This document shows positions 9,344 to 16,694 of a DNA stretch of 17,847 nt, in pieces (the first letter of the stretch is position 1; the number at the start of each line of letters is the position of its first letter). The notes below the pieces were generated by a model. It ran no database searches and was not told where the DNA came from. It saw only the letters and a program-made list of their open reading frames with translations. A program made the translations under genes and the position numbers. Source of the DNA: Candidatus Zixiibacteriota bacterium (GTDB lineage Bacteria; Zixibacteria; MSB-5A5; CAIYYT01); NCBI GenBank assembly GCA_040235515.1, contig JBECKX010000048.1, positions 1-17,847 of the forward strand, read 5' to 3'.

Positions 9344-10510
9344 GTGAAGAAAATCTCGGTACTCGGTGCCACCGGCTCGATCGGCACCAGCCTCTTTGAT
9401 CTTGTTCGCAAGAATCGAGAGCGCTACAAACTCGAGCTGATCTCCTGCGGTTCAAGCGTGGAGAAGCTGGCTCAACTGGCAGAGGAGTTCTCAGTTCCTG
9501 CGGTTTATGTCGCGGACGAGACGCTCGCAGATGCCCCTTTCCCGGACTGCGTCAAACATCGCTATTTCGGCGCCGAGCAACTGGAGCCTGCGCTCGCCGG
9601 CGCTGAACCCGACCTGGTCGTGAATGCCATCGTCGGTGCTGCGGGGCTACAGGCGTCATACTTCACTCTCGAACGTGGCATAACCCTGGCGCTGGCCAAC
9701 AAAGAGTCGCTCGTTGCAGGTGGGGAATTGCTCACCTCCCTGAGCAAACGCAACGGCGCGGCGATCCTCCCGATCGATTCGGAGCACTCTGCTTTGCTGC
9801 AATGCTCACTCGCGGGCAGAACTGCGGAAATCGAGAAGCTGATACTGACGGCATCGGGGGGACCCTTCCGCAACAGGAGCGCCGAGAGCCTTGCCGATGT
9901 AACTGTCGCCGAGGCGCTTCGTCACCCCAACTGGTCGATGGGGGCCAAGATTACAATCGACTCCGCGACGATGATGAACAAGGGATTGGAAGTCATCGAG
10001 GCGCATTTTCTGTTCGATCTGCCGGCTGAACGAATCGATGTGGTGATCCACCCGCAATCGATCGTCCATTCGATGGTACAGTTCCAGGATGGCGCCACCA
10101 TAGCACAGCTCTCGCCGCCGGACATGCGCCTGCCGATAGCATACGCGCTCGAGTACCCCGAACGAATAGTCACGGATTTGCCGCGACTCGATCTCTCGAA
10201 GGCATTTACCCTCGAATTTGAGCCGCCCGATTTCGTTAAATTCCCGACGCTGCGGCTGGCGTATGAGGCGCTCAAACAGCGTGGCATGGCTCCACTGCGT
10301 CTAAATGCGGCAAATGAAGTCGCGGTTGCCGCTTTTCTTGCGGAAAAGATTAAATTTACTGACATTCCGACGATCATTGAGGGTGTAGTCAGGAACGATT
10401 CATCCTCTCAGGGTGATCCCCGGTCGCTTGCGGCGCTCCTGCAGGCAGACAAAGAAGCCCGATTGGAAGCTCAGGAAATCGTTCGAAACGGAACCTTACA
10501 GCAGGCATGA
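9344..10510 (+). CDS. dxr: 1-deoxy-D-xylulose 5-phosphate reductoisomerase
   Basis: GATGSIG, LANKESL, PIDSEHSA, HPNWSMGAKITIDSATMMNKGLEVIEA. Confidence 0.98.
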   Translation: MKKISVLGATGSIGTSLFDLVRKNRERYKLELISCGSSVEKLAQLAEEFSVPAVYVADETLADAPFPDCVKHRYFGAEQLEPALAGAEPDLVVNAIVGAAGLQASYFTLERGITLALANKESLVAGGELLTSLSKRNGAAILPIDSEHSALLQCSLAGRTAEIEKLILTASGGPFRNRSAESLADVTVAEALRHPNWSMGAKITIDSATMMNKGLEVIEAHFLFDLPAERIDVVIHPQSIVHSMVQFQDGATIAQLSPPDMRLPIAYALEYPERIVTDLPRLDLSKAFTLEFEPPDFVKFPTLRLAYEALKQRGMAPLRLNAANEVAVAAFLAEKIKFTDIPTIIEGVVRNDSSSQGDPRSLAALLQADKEARLEAQEIVRNGTLQQA

Positions 10511-10526
10511 CGTTAAATAAATCGGC

Positions 10527-11597
10527 ATGATAACAGTTCTCGCATTCATATTCGTCCTCGGGCTGCTGGTATTCGTGCATGAACTGGGGCACTTCGCGGT
10601 TGCCAAGTGGTCCGGAATTCGTGTCGAAACCTTTTCGCTCGGTTTTCCCCCGAAAATGATCGGTTTCCGCAAGGGTGATACCGAATATTGTATCTCCTGG
10701 ATACCGCTCGGCGGGTACGTCAAGATGTCGGGCGAGAAACCTGACGACGAGGATATCGAAGGTAAACCCTGGGAGTTCATGTCGAAACCGGTGTGGAAAC
10801 GCGCCCTCGTGATCTTTGCCGGCCCGGCGATGAATTACATTCTTGCGATCGCTATCCTCTTCGGCATCTACTATTTCCAGGGCGAGCCTGTTGCGGTCGA
10901 GGACAAAGCCGCTATCGGTGAGGTTGTCGCCGATCACCCGGCGGGCAAGGCCGGCTTGATGAGCGGAGACGTAGTCGTGGCGATTGATGACGAGCCGATC
11001 GGCACCTTCGAGGACCTCTACACCAAAGTCAACGGCGCACCCGGCGAGACTCTGAACTTCACCTGGCTGCGCGGCAGCGATACGCTCTCGGCGGCACTGG
11101 CCGTCAGCACCGACACGGTAATGAATATGCAGGGTGACCCCGAGGTTGTCGGCCGCATCGGTGTCGGTCGTCTGATCGAGTATCGCGACATGAGTTTCGG
11201 CGAGGCCGTGGTTGGCGGATTCGATATGGCCAACTTTTATGTCGTGATGATCTTCAAATTCCTCAAGAACGTGATCACCGGAGAAGCCTCTTCCAAACTG
11301 ATTGGTGGCCCGATCTTTATCGCACAGGCGGCAGGGGAAGCTGCCAAACAGGGGTTCGTTTCGGTATTGATCCTGGCTGCAATACTCTCGGTCAACCTCT
11401 GTGTCGTCAACCTGGCGCCCATTCCGGTGCTCGACGGCGGGCAACTGCTCTTCCTCGGAATAGAAAAACTGAAAGGCAGTCCGGTTTCGTTGCGGGGCCG
11501 CGCCATCGCCCAACAGATTGGCCTGGTGTTCCTGATCCTGCTTATCATCTTCGTCACCAGCAATGACATCATGAGGATCAATCTCTTCGGTTGGTAG
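10527..11597 (+). CDS. rseP: RIP metalloprotease RseP (M50, single PDZ)
   Basis: HELGH, 'IPLGGYVKM', 'AGPAMN', PDZ-like segment, 'NLAPIPVLDGG'. Follows dxr as is usual. Confidence 0.96.
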   Translation: MITVLAFIFVLGLLVFVHELGHFAVAKWSGIRVETFSLGFPPKMIGFRKGDTEYCISWIPLGGYVKMSGEKPDDEDIEGKPWEFMSKPVWKRALVIFAGPAMNYILAIAILFGIYYFQGEPVAVEDKAAIGEVVADHPAGKAGLMSGDVVVAIDDEPIGTFEDLYTKVNGAPGETLNFTWLRGSDTLSAALAVSTDTVMNMQGDPEVVGRIGVGRLIEYRDMSFGEAVVGGFDMANFYVVMIFKFLKNVITGEASSKLIGGPIFIAQAAGEAAKQGFVSVLILAAILSVNLCVVNLAPIPVLDGGQLLFLGIEKLKGSPVSLRGRAIAQQIGLVFLILLIIFVTSNDIMRINLFGW

Positions 11598-11627
11598 TGC
11601 CGACTCGACCGGTGCAAAAAATTTTGT

Positions 11628-11656
11628 TTGTAAAATTAGGCATAACTAATTATATA
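11628..11656 (+). promoter_or_regulatory. Putative promoter of mntR-tro operon
   Basis: TTGTAA (11628-11633), 17 nt, TATATA (11651-11656), in a very AT-rich island. ATG lies 7 nt after the -10. Confidence 0.55.
11634..11651. promoter_or_regulatory. DtxR-family (SirR/MntR-like) operator
   Basis: Palindrome AATTAG-GCATAA-CTAATT. Core TTAGGCATAACTAA resembles the staphylococcal SirR/MntR box TTAGGTTAACCTAA. It lies directly upstream of a DtxR-family gene. Confidence 0.75.
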
Positions 11657-11663
11657 AATAGAT

Positions 11664-12341
11664 ATGACGAATAAATCTCAATCGGTCTCAGCCGAGGATT
11701 ACCTCAAGGCGATCTACAGGCTGAGCCACGCCAGCGGCGTGCATGCACCAACCAAGCGGATCGCCGAAGAACTGGCGGTTACGGCGCCTTCCGTCACCGG
11801 CATGCTGAAGAAACTCGAATCTCGCGGGCTGGTTCATTACAGCCCCTATACGGGCGCGACCCTCTCCCGCAAGGGGCACGCACGGGCGATGAAGGTGTTG
11901 CGCCGTCACCGCCTGGTCGAGCTGTTTCTGCAGAAGTGTCTGAATATGAGCTGGGATGAGGTGCATGATGAAGCTGAAGTGTTGGAGCATGCGCTCTCGG
12001 ACAAGCTGGAACGGAGAATCGCCGATTGGCTGGGTGACCCCAGCTTTGACCCGCATGGCGCCCCGATCCCGGACGAGTCCGGGCGGATCGTCGAACGTCA
12101 GCTGGTTGCGCTCACCGAGATTGAGGCGGGTTGCACCGCTGTTGTTGCGGAAGTCCGGGGCAACGACGCGACGATGTTGTCGTATTTCAAGGACCATGGA
12201 GTCTTACCCAACCGCCGAATCACGCTTCTCGACAGGGGAGCATACGGTGGCTCGCTCAAACTCCGAATCTCACGCAAAACTCGATATGTCGGTCGTGACG
12301 CGGCCGCAAACGTAATGGTAGAGGTCATCGATGAAAGTTAG
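11664..12341 (+). CDS. mntR: DtxR/MntR-family metal-dependent repressor with C-terminal FeoA/SH3-like domain
   Basis: 'EDYLKAIY', HTH 'APSVTGMLKKL', 'RRHRLVELFL', 'VHDEAEVLEH', 'DPHGAPIP'. Confidence 0.93.
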   Translation: MTNKSQSVSAEDYLKAIYRLSHASGVHAPTKRIAEELAVTAPSVTGMLKKLESRGLVHYSPYTGATLSRKGHARAMKVLRRHRLVELFLQKCLNMSWDEVHDEAEVLEHALSDKLERRIADWLGDPSFDPHGAPIPDESGRIVERQLVALTEIEAGCTAVVAEVRGNDATMLSYFKDHGVLPNRRITLLDRGAYGGSLKLRISRKTRYVGRDAAANVMVEVIDES

Positions 12342-13233
12342 AATATTCCTTTGTGCCGCGACGATCCTGCTCACCACTGCACTCTCAGGGAGTGTGATGG
12401 CACGAGCTTCAGACGACAAACCTGTCGCCGTCGCAACCACCACCATGATTTCGGATCTCGTCCGGCAGGTTGGCGCGGATCGCATCGAGGTGCATGGCAT
12501 CCTCTCGCCCGGTGCAGATCCACACACCTATAAGCCGGTTCCGGGAGACGCGATCGCCATCGCCCAGTCAGACATCGTGTTCCGCAATGGTCTCTACCTT
12601 GAGGGTTGGATGAACAAGCTGGTGGAAAACGCCGGTGGTGAACGACCCGTGATAACCGTCAGCGAGGGAGTAGAGGCGTTAGCTGATCCGGCAAAGTCTG
12701 GTCATCCCGATCCCCATATCTGGTTCTCCGTGCCATTCTGGAAGATCGCCACCGACAACGTCGCGAAGGCGCTGGCGGAGTTTGATCCGGTCGGCGCTGA
12801 GGTCTACCTCGCCAATGCAGAAAGATACAAGATGAGTCTCGACTCACTCCATGCCTGGGCCAGGACGGAGATGGAGAAAATCCCTGAGAAGCACCGCTAC
12901 CTTGTCACCTCGCATGATGCCTTCAACTACTTCGGTCACGAGTACAACATGACAGTCATCGGCGTACAGGGAATCTCCACCGAGTCGCAGGCCAGCAGTC
13001 AGGATGTGGCCGCCATCATCAAGTTCATCAAGGCTAAGAATGTACCCGCGATTTTCGTCGAAACTTCGGTGAACCCGAAGTTGATCGAGGAAATCTCTCG
13101 CCAATCGAACGCCCGAATTGGTGGAACGCTCTACGGCGACTCGACCGGGCCGGCAGGCAGCGGGGCGGAGACCTATATCGGGATGCTCTCGGCCAACGTC
13201 AGGACAATCGTGAAAGCTCTGGGTGGAAAATGA
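12331..13233 (+). CDS. troA: Mn/Zn/Fe ABC transporter substrate-binding protein (cluster A-I, TroA-like)
   Basis: Sec-type signal peptide. Ligand motifs DPHTY, DPHIW, SHDAF, YGDS (His3-Asp). Confidence 0.92.
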   Translation: MKVRIFLCAATILLTTALSGSVMARASDDKPVAVATTTMISDLVRQVGADRIEVHGILSPGADPHTYKPVPGDAIAIAQSDIVFRNGLYLEGWMNKLVENAGGERPVITVSEGVEALADPAKSGHPDPHIWFSVPFWKIATDNVAKALAEFDPVGAEVYLANAERYKMSLDSLHAWARTEMEKIPEKHRYLVTSHDAFNYFGHEYNMTVIGVQGISTESQASSQDVAAIIKFIKAKNVPAIFVETSVNPKLIEEISRQSNARIGGTLYGDSTGPAGSGAETYIGMLSANVRTIVKALGGK

Positions 13234-14006
13234 CACAAGCACCTCCTATTGAAATCCACGATCTCACCATTTCATACCATAAGCGCCCGGTGCTCTGGGG
13301 TGTCGATGTCGACATACCGGAGAAGGCGCTCGTGGGTATCATCGGCCCCAACGGTGCCGGCAAGTCGACCCTGATCAAGGGTGTCATGGGCATGCTGCCG
13401 TTGTCATCAGGTTACGTGAAGATCTTCGGCGAGCCGCTCAAACGCCGCCGCCGCGATATCGCCTACGTGCCACAGCGCGAGGCTGTCGACTGGGACTTTC
13501 CGGTCACCGCGTATGATGTCGCACTCATGGGGCGCTACGGCCACCTCGGGCTGCTGCAACGGCCCTCGAAATCGGATCGCAAGATTGCAGCAGAAGCCCT
13601 CGAGAAAGTCGGTATGTCGGCTTACCGTGACCGCCAGATCGGGAACCTCTCCGGAGGTCAACAGCAACGCGTTTTCCTGGCACGGGCACTGGCGCAGCAG
13701 GCACAGGTCTACTTAATGGATGAGCCGTTCGTCGGTGTCGATGCAGCGACGGAAAGTGTGATCATTGAACTGTTGCGCGACCTGCGCCGGCAGGGCAAAA
13801 CGCTCGTGGTGGTCAACCATGACCTGCAGGCAGCGAAGGAGTACTTCGATTACCTGCTCCTGCTGAACATGCGTAAGGTGGCATTCGGGCCGACAAAGGA
13901 AGTTTTTACCAATGAGATCCTGCAGAAGACCTACGGTGGCAAATTGACGATCCTCTCCGATGCCGCGGAAGCTACCCGGGAGCATGAAGGTGTACCGAAG
14001 CATTAA
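13230..14006 (+). CDS. troB: Mn/Zn/Fe ABC transporter ATPase (TroB/MntB-like)
   Basis: GPNGAGKS, 'YVPQREAVDWDFP', LSGGQQQR, 'MDEPF'. ATGA overlap with troA. Confidence 0.95.
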   Translation: MTQAPPIEIHDLTISYHKRPVLWGVDVDIPEKALVGIIGPNGAGKSTLIKGVMGMLPLSSGYVKIFGEPLKRRRRDIAYVPQREAVDWDFPVTAYDVALMGRYGHLGLLQRPSKSDRKIAAEALEKVGMSAYRDRQIGNLSGGQQQRVFLARALAQQAQVYLMDEPFVGVDAATESVIIELLRDLRRQGKTLVVVNHDLQAAKEYFDYLLLLNMRKVAFGPTKEVFTNEILQKTYGGKLTILSDAAEATREHEGVPKH

Positions 14007-15396
14007 ACGCTATCTGCTATTTACCGCTGTAGTGGCGCTCACTACAGCCGCCCCTGCCTGGGCCGCACGAATATCCGACCTGCAGGAGACTTCGGTCTGG
14101 ACGCAGATTGCCGAATATTTCTCCTTCAGTTCGCCGATCGCCGTCCAGACCCTCATCGGCTGCTCTGCGCTCGGTCTTCTGGGTGGATTGCTGGGGTGCT
14201 TCCTTGTCCTGAGGCGAATTTCACTCGTTGGCGATGCACTGGGCCACGCGATCCTCCCCGGTATCGGTTTCTCGTTCATGATCATCGGAGCCAAATCGAC
14301 ACTGCCTCTGCTGGCCGGTGCGATCGTTGCCGGCGTACTCTACAGCCTTGTGCTCGGGTTCGTCTCGCGGCAGCGCAGAGTCAGACCAGATTCTGCACTT
14401 GGTTTGACTTTCACCGCCTTCTTCGGATTGGGGATTGTCCTGCTCAGCTACATTCAAAATTCACCCACAGGCAGTCAGGCCGGTCTCGACAAATTTTTGT
14501 TCGGGCAAGCCGCGGCGATCTCGATGGTCGACATCAAGGTTAGCATCATCTTGCTTGTCATCACCGCGCTCGCGATAGTGGCGCTCTTCAAGCAACTCCA
14601 GGTCTTCTCTTTCGATGCCACCTTTGCCAGCTCGATCGGCATCAACACCGCACTCTACCACTACCTGATGATGGTGCTCTTCACCCTGACCATCGTTATC
14701 TCAGTTCAAGCAGTAGGCGTAGTGCTTGTGGTGGCATTGCTGATCATCCCGCCCACGACAGCCCATTTGCTGGTGGATAGATTGCGCTCGATGTTGATTC
14801 TCTCCGGGTTCATCGGATTGCTCTCCGGCGCGATTGGCAGCCTCTTCTCATACCTCTATTCCGGCATCCCGACCGGGCCGATGGTGGTGCTGGCGTCAGC
14901 TTCCATCTTTGCGTTCGCGCTGCTGTTCGCACCGACGAGCGGTGCCGTTCCGAAGCTGCTGCGCAAGCGGCAACGTCGGCGTCGCACAGAATTGGAGAAT
15001 CTGCTCAAGTCGTTGCTTGAGTTCAACCGTCACCGGAACGTCGAGGATTCCACTCCGATTGCTCTCGACGACTACCTGCGCTTCAGCGAGTCCGATCCTG
15101 ACTGGACATCGAGACAAATCAAGCGAGCGCAACGCGCAAAGCTGCTGTTGCCTGGTGACAAGGGAGACACGCTGGTGCTCACCGATGCCGCCCTCAATTC
15201 TGCGCGGCGTATACTCAGAAACCATATCCTCTGGGAACTCTACCTCGATCAATACACCGACATCGCAGCAGATCACGTACACTTTGATGCCGAGCGGATC
15301 GAGCATGTGCTCACCCCGGACATCATTTCACGCCTGGAGAGCATCCTCGCCGGCAGGACGATCGGCAAGACCGATCCGAGCAGGGGTAACGCATGA
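13984..15396 (+). CDS. troC: ABC-3 metal permease (TroC-like) with N-terminal signal-like extension and C-terminal DtxR-like domain; start ATG 13984 or GTG 13990
   Basis: 'GDALGHAILPG', 'GLDKFLFG', 'VGVVLVVALLIIP'. Tail 'RNHILWELYL...HVHFDAERIEH'. GGGAG at 13978-13982 fits GTG 13990 best. Confidence 0.9.
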   Translation: MKVYRSIKRYLLFTAVVALTTAAPAWAARISDLQETSVWTQIAEYFSFSSPIAVQTLIGCSALGLLGGLLGCFLVLRRISLVGDALGHAILPGIGFSFMIIGAKSTLPLLAGAIVAGVLYSLVLGFVSRQRRVRPDSALGLTFTAFFGLGIVLLSYIQNSPTGSQAGLDKFLFGQAAAISMVDIKVSIILLVITALAIVALFKQLQVFSFDATFASSIGINTALYHYLMMVLFTLTIVISVQAVGVVLVVALLIIPPTTAHLLVDRLRSMLILSGFIGLLSGAIGSLFSYLYSGIPTGPMVVLASASIFAFALLFAPTSGAVPKLLRKRQRRRRTELENLLKSLLEFNRHRNVEDSTPIALDDYLRFSESDPDWTSRQIKRAQRAKLLLPGDKGDTLVLTDAALNSARRILRNHILWELYLDQYTDIAADHVHFDAERIEHVLTPDIISRLESILAGRTIGKTDPSRGNA

Positions 15397-16673
15397 GCTT
15401 CCACGATCTTTTCATCGCACCGCTGCAATTCGAGTGGATGTTACGCGGACTACTGATCGCGATATTCCTCAATGTCTCCCTCGGAATAATCGGGTCGTTT
15501 CTTGTGCTGCGGCGCATGGCCCTGATGGGGGACGCCGTCTCCCACGCAGTGTTGCCCGGTATTGTGGTGGCGTTTCTGATTTCAAATTCGCGCGCCTCGC
15601 TGCCGCTTCTGATCGGAGCCACTGGAGTCGGATTCGCGACAACGTTCCTGATCAATGGCATCAAGCTGAGCAGCAAGGTGAAAGAGGATGCCGCAATGGG
15701 TATCGTCTTCACCTCGATGTTCGCGCTCGGTGTCGTGCTACTCAATTCGTTCGCGTCGCATGTTGATCTCGACCCCGACTGCGTGCTGTATGGAGATCTG
15801 CTGGGTGTCCCGAGCACGACGGTGTGGGTGATGGCTGTCGTAACACTGGCTGTCGTCGCCGGCGTCATACTCTTCTACAGACAACTCCAGGTGACCGCCT
15901 TCGATGGCTTGTTTGCTGACGGAGTCGGAATCTCATCGAACTGGACTCACTATATCTTCATGGGTGTCCTGGCGGTCATACTCGTCATCGCCTTCGAGGC
16001 GGTAGGCTCGATTCTGGTCGTTGCCATGCTGATTGCTCCCGGCGCCACGGCATATCTCTGGACGGACCGCCTACCTCCCATGCTGACCGGTTCCGCCATC
16101 CTGGGAATCATTGCAGGGGTGCTGGGTCTCTACATCTCGGTCTGGCTCAATTGCTCGACCGCCGGCGCGATGGTCTGCGTCTCGTTTCTACTCTTCCTGA
16201 TCTCGCTGATCGCTTCACCCAAGCATGGCGTGGTAGCGCGCTGGTGGCGGCGGCGAAAGCTTCGTCGCAGGATTCTGGCGGAGAACCTCCTCAAGGAACT
16301 GGTGCGACTCAACGCGCGCGAGGTGGCTGTCTCGTTCGAGAGGTTGATCGAACTCACCCGGCTGCCGGTGCGGCGATTGCAGAAGGGAATCATGCGGCTT
16401 CGACAACGCGGGCTGATCGATCGACCTGAGCCGGAGTCTGTGCGACTCACGCCGGATGGGGAAGTCGAAGGGATGCGAATTCTCCGCTATCATCGTCTGT
16501 GGGAAGCTTTCCTCAGTTCAGAGATCGAGCTGCCTGAGGATCATCTTCACCGTGATGCGGAAGAGATGGAGCACCTGCTCACACCGGAGATGGAAGCTCA
16601 GCTTGCGGAGCTGTTGTCAGATCCTGACAAGGATCCGCACGGCAGCCCAATTCCTCCCTCATCCTCGAACTAA
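15393..16673 (+). CDS. troD: ABC-3 metal permease (TroD-like) with C-terminal DtxR-like wHTH + dimerisation domain
   Basis: 'GDAVSHAVLPG', 'HVDLDPDCVLYG', 'VGSILVVAMLIAP'. Tail 'RYHRLWEAFL...HLHRDAEEMEH...DPHGSPIP'. ATGA overlap with troC. Confidence 0.92.
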   Translation: MSFHDLFIAPLQFEWMLRGLLIAIFLNVSLGIIGSFLVLRRMALMGDAVSHAVLPGIVVAFLISNSRASLPLLIGATGVGFATTFLINGIKLSSKVKEDAAMGIVFTSMFALGVVLLNSFASHVDLDPDCVLYGDLLGVPSTTVWVMAVVTLAVVAGVILFYRQLQVTAFDGLFADGVGISSNWTHYIFMGVLAVILVIAFEAVGSILVVAMLIAPGATAYLWTDRLPPMLTGSAILGIIAGVLGLYISVWLNCSTAGAMVCVSFLLFLISLIASPKHGVVARWWRRRKLRRRILAENLLKELVRLNAREVAVSFERLIELTRLPVRRLQKGIMRLRQRGLIDRPEPESVRLTPDGEVEGMRILRYHRLWEAFLSSEIELPEDHLHRDAEEMEHLLTPEMEAQLAELLSDPDKDPHGSPIPPSSSN

Positions 16674-16694
16674 CCCGCAGCAGTATCCGCAGCG

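Noticed and set aside
10389..11513. 374-aa minus-strand ORF antisense to rseP
   Set aside because: Shadow of a GC3-biased gene with no recognisable motifs. Similar antisense ORFs occur over atpA, atpD, atpF and mntR.
14834..15766. 310-aa alternative-frame ORF spanning troC/troD
   Set aside because: Arg/Ser/Cys-rich off-frame composition. Both permeases are intact, so no frameshift is needed.
16239..16250. WW in the TroD linker as a YtgR-like tryptophan sensor
   Set aside because: Only two Trp at a membrane interface, where Trp is expected. The chlamydial motif is WWW.
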